Positions 20,969-31,778 of a DNA stretch of 41,934 nt are shown piece by piece; position 1 is the stretch's first letter, and each line of letters begins with the position of its first letter. Location: the NCBI GenBank assembly GCA_008690995.1, contig VRMN01000020.1, forward strand, positions 124,001 through 165,934, in the 5' to 3' direction. The DNA is from Porphyridium purpureum. Taxonomy: Eukaryota. A model generated the notes under the pieces. The model had not been told where the DNA came from and did not search any database. It saw nothing but the letters and a program-made list of their open reading frames with translations. Position numbers and translations under genes: made by a program.

Positions 20969-21177
20969 GATGATATGCGAGTGAAGACTGCTACTCTCCT
21001 GTATCACCTTGCTTCCTTTACTGAAGCCCTACGCATGCAATCGTGGGGCGAGGCGCTCTTTATTTAATGCGACGGTGTGCCCCGCAGGGCAGGTGAAGGC
21101 AACACGCGCTGCATGTGCGGACGTGCTTGTCCCCGAGAGCAATTGCACGGCAGCTCGGACGGGTTGCAACGCCCTGC
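20912..21177. repeat. Dispersed direct repeat, copy A (about 266 bp): promoter, 5' UTR and first 19 codons of a minus-strand gene
   Basis: Aligns with 31779-32044 at an offset of 10867 at both ends. Confidence 0.85.
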
Positions 21178-21829
21178 CAGCACGGCGAGGTGTCGTTACG
21201 CCCTTTCCGCCTTTCGCGCCATCCGCAGGACACGTTGCGGTTCGCGACCCCACGGGCTCCGGCTCCTGCATACGGTGGCTGTGTGCAGTGACATCTTTAC
21301 AGTTTTCCTTTTTTTTTTTTTCATTGCATTTGATGAATGAGCAGTTTGCGCACAGTGCAAATGCTGGAGCGCTTTGTTTGAATGCTGGCCAAAATCCCGC
21401 GCAGTCCTTCGCACTCGGGTAGGAGCGACGTACCGATAGTGCCCGCCGGCGCGCTTACTTTCGTGCGCGCACCTCTTGTAGTCGTCAACGTTAGCCGACT
21501 CCCGGCGGCAACTGAATTACTTCCGGTTTGGTATGGCTTCTGCTCGAGAACGTCTTGGGGTGGCGACCTTTGGGCTCCCTCAATGTTGTTGCGCCCGCTG
21601 ATATTCTACGAGTGTCTCTGGCGGTGCTCGAAGTGCAGCTGGACGTCATGGAGCGACTTCGCCTGTCGATGTGCATGGAGAGGTTTCCCAAGGTAATGAT
21701 CTAGTATCGGCGGCGCTGCGTGCTCAAGATATCACGCACTGTTTGTGCTGAACCCCAACGTCGACCACACGTTTACTACCGACCAACCGCTATGCCCGCA
21801 GCAATTCCAGCGATGCTCACGTCGAGGCG

Positions 21830-22562
21830 ATGCAATTAGCAGAGCGCGTTGGCGTGCCCATTTATCAGGTCGACCGTCGTTTTCTGAGCGTCCTGAGCGG
21901 TCGGCGTCCGTCCGATGGCATCGCACTGGACGATGAGCCGCTAACGCCCCCGACAATACTCTACTTGGAGGCGATGCAGCTTCCGCGCAGCAATCACCGA
22001 AAGTATGGGTGGCGTTCGACCAAATCATGGATCCGCAAGTCGGTCAGAGCAGCTGTGCGCGCTAAGAATCTCGGCGCCATCCTTCGTAGCTATCACTCTT
22101 TCGGAGCTCACGGCACGGTCACGTGTGCCCGCAAGTCCGCGCCGCTTTCACCCATTGTCGCCAAGGCCTTGTGTAGTGCTTTGAAGTTTCCAGATGTGCC
22201 CCGCTTCCTGAACGCAGGCGCGTGCAAGGAAATGTTGTCCTGTTCCCTCTTTCACGCCATGGCATTGAAGTTGTGTTCTGCGGGCTTGTGGAGTATCGTT
22301 GGGATGTCGTCGGGCAAAAATGCTGAGGACTGGAAAGATCTCTCGCTCGAAATGTACAATTCGATAAAGTTATTTTGGTCGTAGGCAATGAAGGCTTTGG
22401 AATGCGACCTTTCGTGATGGAAAAATTTGTACCAATCTCGTCAACGTTTCTCCTGGTCTCTCAGAGCAGCTGTCCGCTGACAAGTCCTCGCGGTCGCCTT
22501 TTGTGGAATCCCTCAACGTCTCGACTGCGCTTGACATTTCATTGTTTCAGCATTTAGGATAA
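21830..22562 (+). pseudogene. SpoU/TrmH-family rRNA 2'-O-methyltransferase (MRM1/RlmB-like) pseudogene
   Basis: Motifs lie in shifting frames: AERVGVPIYQVDRRFLSVLSGRRPSDGIALD (substrate-binding domain), WVAFDQIMDPQ|NLGAILRS..FG, SAPLSPIVAKA, VVGNEGFGMR and VESLNVSTA. Several frameshifts. The 5' part probably extends to about 21550. Confidence 0.85.
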
Positions 22563-22655
22563 GTAGTAGTCATGCTCTACTGCGCTCCTTTTCAGGATGC
22601 TAACAAGGATGAGGCTCTAGGCTTTATTTGACCACAACAGGTGTGAGAGCCAAGT

Positions 22656-25600
22656 TTATATGCCAGCGTTTCGACGGATTTCATCGAGATTCACGCACGC
22701 TCCGTTGCTCAAACGAATCACCCGGATGAAGCAATCAACGGGAATCGGTCCCGGGCAGCAAATGACATTATTTTGCGATCGGTAGAAGCGAAGACCGTGG
22801 CGAATGGCGCGCGCGACGTCAATGTAGATCACTACATCGACACCACGACGAATTCCGCTACGAACCTCCGGGTCGTCGGGCAAGCCAACGGCCATTTGAA
22901 TCGCATGTCGCTGCATTCGATTGAGGCCACCACTACGCAGAATATTCAACAAAGAGTCATCATACGTGCCGTGCGCACACACGGGCACATCATCGGGATC
23001 GTAGATGGGCGTCAAAAGCTGCTCGGGGTCCACAGACGTAATCGTGTGTCCCTGATTGGCGCGAACCAAAAGCAAGCCGTCCTCCTCGATCACGGAAAAG
23101 CGCGTCTTCTCGTCTGCCGCTGCCGCTTGGAGCACACTGTCTGCAGTAGCCGCCGGGAAGTCAAGGGCATCCAAGAGAGCGTCGACCGTGATGTAGCCAT
23201 CGGGTCGAGTAGCTGCTCGGTGTCGTAGATACCACGTCATGCTGCGCTGGAAGCGCTCCACGTCAAGTCGCGTCGAGCGATTTCCACCTGCGCCAGCACC
23301 GCGCTTGGCTTGGGCGTCAGCGCTGACCTCATCGACATCAGTACCGTCGGGCCTTCGTCGACGGCGCAAAGCTGCAATTCGGTCGGCTTCGCGTAGCTGG
23401 TGAACACGAGTCAGCGTCTCGATCAATCGCAGATCGTCTTGAGGAATCCAGACAGCTTCCAGGGCGTCTCCGAGCATATCGGGAGAGGAATCGCCAAGCT
23501 CTAGTTCAACGCGGCGCAGGAGCGGAAGAGGTTGTGGCTCAGCAGCTACATCGACACAAGCATGCCGAGCGATTGAGTCGCGCAAGCTCGGCACAAGCAT
23601 GGCTACATATCTCTCCAGCGTTTCCGCATACACGTTGCCTGCCGATGGTCCGGAGCGCCCGACCAACCTTTGTACGACGCGATGCACAAAACTTGACGTA
23701 AACTCCCAATTGCTCAGATCCTCGGCACTGCCCGTTTGCTGATATTCCTTGGACATCTCCTTGTACAGAGGGACCGCAGTGGTACCTGCAATGAACGAGC
23801 CGGTCGGCGACGATCCATAGTACCTCGCCATCAGGCGGCCGCGAGCACCGCGAACATGATCCGTCAGCCTCAGTACCATGTCCGAACGGGATTCATTTGC
23901 AATCATCTCAAAGCCTTGTGTCATATCAACGACGGTTCCATCCGACGTATAGAACCACAGTGTCGAAGGTCCGAATGGTGTCGCAAAAGGCGGCATCGGC
24001 TCGAGGGGCACCCGCGCCCACGCCAGATCACTACGAATCGTGTCGAGGGCCTGCTCAGATGTCACTATGCCAGCCGTGTTGACATTCATCTCGGCCGCGA
24101 CATCGTTGGTGTAACTGCGAACCAGCTGGACGGCTTCGTACGAGCTGATGTCCGGGGACGTGATGCAGTCCAAGGTTGCCCTGACGACTAGCGATAAGCC
24201 GGGCACCACGAGATCTTCGATGGAGATCGCCAACGGGTTCGCAAATGCGATTACGGCCTGAAGAGCGTGAGGCGGCAAAAGCGGTTCAAGAGATGCAACG
24301 AGTCGGCTGGTTCCAGCGATGGAGATATGAGCCCCTCGAGCGTCGACCCGGGTGTCGCAAATCGACGACAGGAGAGCGCTCAGGGAGGTTGCGCCCTGAT
24401 CGGCCCAAACGTCAGCCCTGTTGTTCTGAAGCCAGTTCCTATGCATTTGAGGCACTGCCACCGCAATTCGGGCGAGCATCGATTGTCGAAGTGTCGCATT
24501 GGAGAATGCAGCGCGTGTCGGGAAGCGGTGCATGAGCCGCAAGATCACGGACGCCTCCTCGACCGACGAGTGCACGGTTAGGACCTCACTTCGCAGAATG
24601 GCAACGAGCGCTTCGTTGATCGGGCGACTGGCGTCTGGCGAGAGCCGTGAGCCCTCGGGAAGAATGACATGCTCCATAATCTGCACCGCAAACCATTCAA
24701 GCAGTCTCCCGGTAGGAGTCGTGCCGGCAGCTGCCCATTCCTGCGTCTCCAAGGTACGGAGGATGCTCGAGAGAGCGACAAGCCACACATGCTGCATCGA
24801 CAGTCCGCTCATGAATACTAAGCACAAGCGCTCGAACACCACTCGTCGATTGTGCTCGTTCGCCAGGGGCACAATAGGGAGACACACCGACAAACGCTCG
24901 CGCGTCAGAGGCGAAGTGTCACTGCGCTCGATTCCGTCTGCAAACTCGAGCGCCACTAACAGTGGCTCGATAACCGCGTTTGCGGGGTACTGGCCGACGC
25001 GGAGCGCCTGATTGAGCGCAAAGTCACTCGTATTGTGCTCCGTGTCCGACATGGCTTTAAAGCACAAGGCGACCGGTCCTTCTTCATACAGAATCATATC
25101 TTCCTCTTGAGGGGCGCCCGACGCATCCAAACTGACGAGCTCAGCGATCGCGTTGCGGTCGATGGTTCCAGCACGCGTTGCCCGATTGCTTAGCCGACCC
25201 AAACTCATCGCGCTCATTCCGGATATCGAGAGAGCCAACGCTGTGTCCAGAGCAGCATTGACAAGAGCTCGAGGGCCTCGGACGCTACGGCTGGCTTGTT
25301 CCCTGGCTTGCCTTTCTTGCGACGCACCAGTTGCAACTGCCTGGCGAATCTGCGCGGACAAGCTCTCGCGCTCACTGTCATTGGCCGCCAGGCGCAGACG
25401 CCGGAGCAATCCATAAACGCCGGTAGACGAATCATCGCTACTGGCTTGCACTTGCGTCGCAACCCTCTGATCCAGAGAGACGAGCCAGCGGTTCAGCAGA
25501 ATACGCCATTCTTCGAGTCTCCCGAGAACAAAATAGGCCCGGGTTATATTCTCGATATCCGCCTGCGAAATCTGCGAGAGAGATTCAAAGTGATCTTGGA

Positions 25601-26357
25601 CTCTTAGCAGAGCTTGCAGGTCAAGGAGGGACCCATCAGCAAGGTAAATTGTGCCGGCATCCACCGGCTCGTAGACTCGTGATGGATAATCGAGCAGGTC
25701 GCTGGCTGAAACACTCGGGCAATCTTGCAGAACGAGCGTGTCCGTGAGTGGCGGTGGCTGAGGCAGATGATCGCCAAGCCAGTCTCCCTTGACGGCAATC
25801 AACCGCGAACACTCGGCATCAACAATTAGCACGGCCGCCGTGAATGCCGCCGTGAAATGAGCCATGACAACAGAGACGTTGAACTGAGACACGCAAGAGA
25901 GGTGGTTATCACCGGAAGCGAAAATTATGAGCAGAGATGGCAAATGCGCTGTCACCGAAGCATGGCGGGCCAATTCTTCCGTGCTCCACACTTGACCGTC
26001 CGTCATGAATACAAAACACGACGCATCGTCCGGTACGAAGTTTTGGGGAGAGAAGATTGTCTGAGGTTCGGTACCTCCCGTTGATATCCAGCAAATTTCT
26101 CTCAAAGGCCTTGGAGCGTCGCACGTCGAGTTCCAGAGCGAGACCTTGTGCACGCCCAGACTCTGCACAAATCTTTGTGCAACCAGAAGCGGCGCGCCCC
26201 GTGTCGAATCACTGTTGTCGACCGCCGCAAACCCCGCGCCGTTCATGAGCACTGACAAGCGGGTCAGCTCCCGTCGAAGCTCACTTCTTGGCGCCAGGAA
26301 GACGCCATCGCTTGAGCTGGTAGCAACGTTCGTTATCGTAAAAGTTGAATCACCCAT
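22656..26357 (-). CDS. vWA-domain protein fused to a C-terminal Tpt1/KptA (tRNA 2'-phosphotransferase, ADP-ribosyltransferase fold) domain; 1233 aa from ATG 26357
   Basis: MIDAS elements VDNSDST (DxSxS), STGGTEP and FMTDGQ near the N-terminus. The last ~190 aa contain YLRH, PDGY, KTRF, VRANQGHT, AHGT, GLNRMQR, SGIR, IYID and FYRSQNNVICC, the ordered Tpt1 signature. The ORF is uninterrupted. Confidence 0.9.
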   Translation of the reverse strand: MGDSTFTITNVATSSSDGVFLAPRSELRRELTRLSVLMNGAGFAAVDNSDSTRGAPLLVAQRFVQSLGVHKVSLWNSTCDAPRPLREICWISTGGTEPQTIFSPQNFVPDDASCFVFMTDGQVWSTEELARHASVTAHLPSLLIIFASGDNHLSCVSQFNVSVVMAHFTAAFTAAVLIVDAECSRLIAVKGDWLGDHLPQPPPLTDTLVLQDCPSVSASDLLDYPSRVYEPVDAGTIYLADGSLLDLQALLRVQDHFESLSQISQADIENITRAYFVLGRLEEWRILLNRWLVSLDQRVATQVQASSDDSSTGVYGLLRRLRLAANDSERESLSAQIRQAVATGASQERQAREQASRSVRGPRALVNAALDTALALSISGMSAMSLGRLSNRATRAGTIDRNAIAELVSLDASGAPQEEDMILYEEGPVALCFKAMSDTEHNTSDFALNQALRVGQYPANAVIEPLLVALEFADGIERSDTSPLTRERLSVCLPIVPLANEHNRRVVFERLCLVFMSGLSMQHVWLVALSSILRTLETQEWAAAGTTPTGRLLEWFAVQIMEHVILPEGSRLSPDASRPINEALVAILRSEVLTVHSSVEEASVILRLMHRFPTRAAFSNATLRQSMLARIAVAVPQMHRNWLQNNRADVWADQGATSLSALLSSICDTRVDARGAHISIAGTSRLVASLEPLLPPHALQAVIAFANPLAISIEDLVVPGLSLVVRATLDCITSPDISSYEAVQLVRSYTNDVAAEMNVNTAGIVTSEQALDTIRSDLAWARVPLEPMPPFATPFGPSTLWFYTSDGTVVDMTQGFEMIANESRSDMVLRLTDHVRGARGRLMARYYGSSPTGSFIAGTTAVPLYKEMSKEYQQTGSAEDLSNWEFTSSFVHRVVQRLVGRSGPSAGNVYAETLERYVAMLVPSLRDSIARHACVDVAAEPQPLPLLRRVELELGDSSPDMLGDALEAVWIPQDDLRLIETLTRVHQLREADRIAALRRRRRPDGTDVDEVSADAQAKRGAGAGGNRSTRLDVERFQRSMTWYLRHRAATRPDGYITVDALLDALDFPAATADSVLQAAAADEKTRFSVIEEDGLLLVRANQGHTITSVDPEQLLTPIYDPDDVPVCAHGTYDDSLLNILRSGGLNRMQRHAIQMAVGLPDDPEVRSGIRRGVDVVIYIDVARAIRHGLRFYRSQNNVICCPGPIPVDCFIRVIRLSNGACVNLDEIRRNAGI

Positions 26358-27782
26358 AGCTGCTGAGACTTGAGAGACGAGATGAAAAAAAGCGCCTTGA
26401 AAGTGTCCGAACACCAGGGTATTTGGGATATGATTTCGTTTCTTGTGAGCGAAGAATGCGGGAACGAGCGTCCCGCTCCGTTCCCGGTGCACAACAAGGG
26501 CACTGACCCCTGCTGTGTCCACCGCCAGGCTCCCGCAAGGCAGAGGATTGATACAACTCCCGTTTCAACTCTACAATAAGCCAACTGTATAGTGTCGACA
26601 CCATCAACTTCTTCGCTGCTCTTCCCCAATTCGCCGCACCTTTCGCGTGTGTGCTCTCTATATAGGTCGCCAATTTTGGCGAAAGGTGACAGCGCTCCCA
26701 GAGGTCCTAGTCAGATGCAAAGTCGTTGGCGAGTTTCATTGTGTACTCAGTGTACACGTGCGCGCTTTCCGACAGAAAGACCACGTCTGTTTGAGCCACA
26801 GAATACGAAATTGAAAAATCAAGTTGTGGCGGATGGCGGCGACCATGAGCACCGCGATTGCGGGAGAGACAAGGGCAGTATGGATTGGCCCATCGTTAAA
26901 GAGCGGGCCGCTATTCCTGGAAGGGTGAACTGCGGGCGTTCTACTCTCTTGATCTGATGACTCGCGGCGCCAATAACTGAAGCCGTTGGCCTTGAAGTCG
27001 ACCTGGACGCCCGCTGTCGGCCGCGCGCCGAAATTTCTTGCCGAATGCTCGTTGGCGAAGACTGCGTCGATGCACGTTGGCTATTGGAGCCTTTAGCGGA
27101 CCAGCGTGGAAGAGATTCTCCCAGATAGGCTGGTCTCAAATCTCGAACAATGAACGGTTCGAGAAAGTGTTCGAGAAATTACTACCGTGCGAATAGTGCC
27201 TCCACTTCCGGATCCAATGTGTTCGCGTTCCTGGATCAGGACTCCCAGCCACCATTGTGGACGTACAAGTGTTTGATGGCGCGTCAGGCCAATCGAGAAC
27301 GGGATGTGGTCCTACTGCGAATCACTGACCAGATATATTAATCGATTCATGTCCAGGAGACACTAGAAACCATTTAGAATTGTGATTCCCAAAGCCAATC
27401 ATCTGGAATACGAAGACAGCGAAAATGATGAACAGCCGCCGACAGTGTGCGCTACATTGAGGCGCCGCAGGCATCGATGCAAATCACCCGCGAGGCATTA
27501 CCATCGTGTGATCAAATTGATTGGGGTGCTTTCGAGACAAGACAGCTTCCGCCCTCTTTCGTCAAGCACCCAGCCAGCCAGTACGATGATCGCGGGATCC
27601 ACTCGCGCGCAATCGCCTGCCGTCCTATCAAATCGTTATGTTTTTATTTTTTTATGCGAAAATGCCGAGCGGCTCAGGCGACCCGCGATAGCGTGCGGGC
27701 TCCGCAGATGCAGATCCGTAGCGGAAATCGTCAATGGCACGCACCTGGAAGTACCATCACATCACAGACCAAACAAATTACT

Positions 27783-28526
27783 ATGCCGCAGAGTGCCCGA
27801 ATTCGTTTTCCGGCGCTGCTAGGCTCTGCGGGAAGCAATACGATGCGGCAGTGTCAGAGATGGAGCATATCGACGACACACGATGAACTGCTTTGAGACC
27901 GGCAATTGGCGAATTTGCGCGCCTCGAAAATGAGAGTCGACAAAGTACAGCGCATCCTGAAACTTTACCACCCTGGCGACATTTGTCGCCCACTGCATTA
28001 TGCCCAGATCTTGGAATTGCTGTCACGGTGTCCTCTTCAAGAGCATGTGCTTGGACAAGGGAATGATCGTGCCGCATCGATTCGCGTAGCTCAACACCCG
28101 GCCTACAAGGATGAACGCAACATGTGTTTTGCAGCCGTTCGATACGAGAGCACAGAATGCATATTTTCTTATCGCCTTTGTATCAGAGCAAACTAGGAGA
28201 GCGGAACATGGAAAATCTTCCATGATGCTGCCAAGCGTGAGCTGGATGTCGCCGGTGTATTGAAGAAAATGAAGGCGGTCCAGTCAACCTTTGAGCGAGA
28301 AAATCCTGGACAACAGCTCTCGTTCCATTTCGACAAGCTCCTGCAAAACTTTTGCGATCGCAAGCATATCCTTTTTGGAAGCAAGCTGCAGCTTGTAGCT
28401 CTCGTTGAACGCGATGCCGGGCTGCACATGCGTGTACGGTCTCACGAACCCACCGATGAACTATTGTCTTTTGCAGTCGAGGATGTAAAGAGAACGTTCA
28501 AATCCTCGCGACGAGCTCGACGATGA
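27783..28526 (+). pseudogene. DUF3223/DCL-like domain gene with two in-frame stops (TGA 27894, TAG 28194)
   Basis: ILKLYHPGD...ILELLSRCP...VLGQG...IRVAQHPAYK...CFAAVRYESTECIFSYRLCI matches the DUF3223 pattern. ORFs 27447-27896, 27906-28196 and 28260-28526 share one frame. Confidence 0.65.
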
Positions 28527-29448
28527 CCCATGGGGCGCCATGCTTGAGCCCGCGATGGCCCGAGGGGTCGTCGCCAATGGGGGCGTCAAAGCAACGACCG
28601 GTATGCGCAGCGGACCACCACGTGCGCGCGCTGTGTGAGCCCCAGCCCACCTCGGTCCGGGGGCGCGTGGCTGAGATATAAAAGTGGCGCCCATGTCCTT
28701 GGAGCGGCGCCTGTCTAGACTCAGAGGTAGAGATGAATAGGTTTTGACGTGTAAAGACAGCCTTGGCATCAGGAAGTCAATGTCTCTCGGTAAGGTGACG
28801 ACACGTACCATGACATTCGTCAACGCTCATGCCCCCGGTCATAATCCTACTTCAGAGAAAGGACATCATTTTGCGATCATGCAGCAGGATCGTCAAAAAG
28901 TGCTGCGTCGTGATTCTTGCCGCTGGTGTGAATGCGCGGGCGCGCGCGCGCGCGGCGGACATTGCGTGCCGACCAACGCTGTGCACGCACGCTTCGTGCT
29001 GCTGCGTCCCGTCATCGAATAGGTCCGAAGCGATTGGCGCATCTGCACGGAAAATCGCTCGACGCACTCAGATGCCCGCCTGTGCGGCACAAAGCGCTGC
29101 GCGACGAGCACCAAAGGCACCCGCTTTGCGCCGTGAATGCGGTTGAGCGGCAGCTCGCACTCATGCTCGCGTGTCTGCGTCATCGCACTCCACCTCACGA
29201 ACACCTGGGGGTGCAACAGCACACCGCGCGACACGTGAAGCAATGTCTACCGCGTCTGAACGTTGCGTTGTGCGTAGATGCCAAGAACGCGCACGTGGAC
29301 GGCGCCATGCTGGGGCATTTACGCGCCCCACTAATTTGTGGCCTCGCGACGCCCCCCAGTGTTGCGACGGCTGGACATTCTTGCTTGCCGTGTCACTGAG
29401 GCGCTGGTGCTCTGTCGAGCGCCCGTGCTTGTTGATGCCGCCTCGTAA

Positions 29449-31470
29449 GTGGCGACCTGGGCTGGGCGCTTGCGTCTCTCAGAAAGCAGGGCGCTTGTTT
29501 TGAGCTGGCGTGGGGGCAGAGGCCGGCGCGGCGGCGGTCGTCGTGGCGCTAGTGTCGCTGGTGGTGCTAGATTCAAGCTGTACGACGATGCTTCTGCCGG
29601 TGGCTATGTTTACGAGACACGAATAGACACTATGGGCAGTGACGCGCGAGGCTTAGCGGCCGATCTACCTCGACTGCTTCAGTGCAATGATAGTTCTGCA
29701 TACGGAGCGTACGAGCAGCTTGTATCGCGTTGGTATACGTTTGCTGCGAGCGGCGCGCCGCGCTTTGAGCTCAGCATCGCGCACGTTCAAAGTGACGCGT
29801 ACGCTGCACCAAGCCGCGTAGGTGTCAGCTGCTTGGCGGGAGAGCTCGCGGTACCCGTAGAGCTACTGGCGTTGCGCGTACGCTGCGTCGCCTGTTGCGA
29901 CATTCTGGCACGACGCTGCTGCATAATAATGCATCAATTTGAAGAGCGTGCTCAAGGCTTTTCCAGCTCTGGCGATGCAGCAAGCACTTTCGGTTCTGAC
30001 CGGCCGGTGTCAAAGAGTGGGCAACCTGCGGATGGCGCACCCGGGCGCGTGTATTCTAGAGCGGTCGTCCCCGTAGCTTTTGCGCGCCCATGATTCGTTG
30101 GAGTGGACGTTCGAGGCACGCTTTGAGCTCGGCCTGCCCGCATCTGGTCGTACGATTGAAGGAAGAAAGGCGCACATGATCCTGTGCGAGACTGTTCCGC
30201 GCATTGTTCAGCAAAGCTTTTTGTGGCTTTGCTTGGAGAAGGAGAATGACCATCAGACCGGGCGCCAACACAGCGCGCAGGCCGCGCATGAGCACGTGAT
30301 CTGTACGAAAGATCAAGCCGCACTGCGAGGCATGCTGGAACCAGCTGGCCTCGTTGCTTTCGTTCTGCATGGTGCGAACGAGCTTCCGATGCCTTCAGCG
30401 TCTGCGCTCCCGTTTTCCTCGCCAGACGCGCTGCGCGTCAGCACGGTATTGCCGAGCGGCAAGACGCTGACCGGCATGGGCATTCGAAATGGAGTGAATC
30501 TTATTGTCGGAGGCGGCTTTCACGGCAAATCGACGCTGTTGCAGGCGATCGAGCTGGGCGTATATGACCGTGTGCCCGGCGATGGGCGAGAGTTTGTCTC
30601 GTGCCTGGCTTTTGCGTCCAAAATGCGCGCTGAAGGTGGTCGCGCGGTGACGTCGCTCGACATGTCACCATTCATTTCAAACCTGCCGTTCGGGCGTGCC
30701 ATAAAAAGGTTTTCATTGCCGCCGCATCTGGGAGTACGAGCCAAGCGGCGAATATCGCCTAAGCGCTGGCAATGGGATGTAACCTGCTTATCTTTGACGA
30801 GAACACGGGCGCGACCAACTTTATGTATCGAGATGAGGTCATGTCGGCGCTCGTGGGTAAACACAACAAGCCGATCGCACCCTTTTTGGAACGTGTCCGC
30901 ATGCTGTACAAATCGCACGGGATCTCGAGCCCGCTGTTGGTGGACAGCTGCGGTGCGTTCTTTGATGTTGCCGATACCGTGATCCTGATAGAGTCTGCTT
31001 CAAAGCATATGGCGTTTCAGACCAAGCGAAAAGCATTTCGTGTGCCCCAGGTCGCGGTGGCGCGCAGCAGGTGAGCAGGGCCGTGCTAGACAATGACGCG
31101 GGACAATCGACCTCGCTGTTTTCGGACGGGAGGATCCTTTTGCGCTCGCCGGCAGCGGCACGTTACAAATACAGGATACGGGGCGAATCTATTGTGGCTT
31201 GGAGGAGTTTGCCATGAAGCTTCGTGCGCTCGAGCAACTCGTTGAATTGGGACAGACGCGCGTGACCGCGGATGCTGTACGATTTGTGGAGATGGCGAGC
31301 GAGCAGACCGCGCCGATGCAAGGCTTGAAGGAGCTGGTTGCGCGTGTCGAGGCTGCGCTGGGCGCGAAGGGGATTGACGTCTTGGCTCCGAGCGGGTGGA
31401 AAGGTATTGGCTTCTACTCGCGGCCGCGATCAACCGCTGGCGGCTTTTGAAAGTGTCTATCGACGCGTCC
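29449..31470 (+). pseudogene. Predicted ATPase of the ABC class (PF09818 / MRB1590-like) pseudogene
   Basis: HVQSDAYAAPSR, LPASGRTIEG, GMGIRNGVNLIVGGGFHGKSTLLQAIELGVYDRVPGDGREF, SPFISNLPFG, LIFDENTGATNF, LRALEQLVELGQTR and AAAINR are spread over several frames, with deletions and degenerate motifs. Confidence 0.9.
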
Positions 31471-31778
31471 GTGAAGGACCAGACTTTGCTTAGAGGCATG
31501 TGTCTACGAAAGGCTTTAAAAAGCTTTGGACGCACGTATCTGTGTTTTCGAAAAGCCACTTCCAAGTACCGAACCAAGCCGCACCGAGTGATCCCCGGGT
31601 TGGCCATTGAGGACCTTGCGCGACAGGCGGTTTCTGCTTTGCGCGGGAGTCGGTGACCACCGCGCACGAGCTGTCCCGCTCGCGCTATCCGCGCACTGTC
31701 AGCTGGACCCTGCGCCGTTCACGCCGTACGGCGGGAGCCCCTTCTCCGGCCGGTAACAAGTGTACGCAACGGTCCCTT

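Noticed and set aside
26358..26522. 55-aa N-terminal extension of the vWA-Tpt1 ORF in the ORF track
   Set aside because: It starts at GTG and includes a pyrimidine tract followed by CAG just before ATG 26357, so it is more likely 5' UTR or intron.
29150..29320. Cys cluster on the minus strand (HCFTCRAVCCCTPRC) resembling a MYND zinc finger
   Set aside because: It is short, interrupted by stops, and has no supporting flanking domain.
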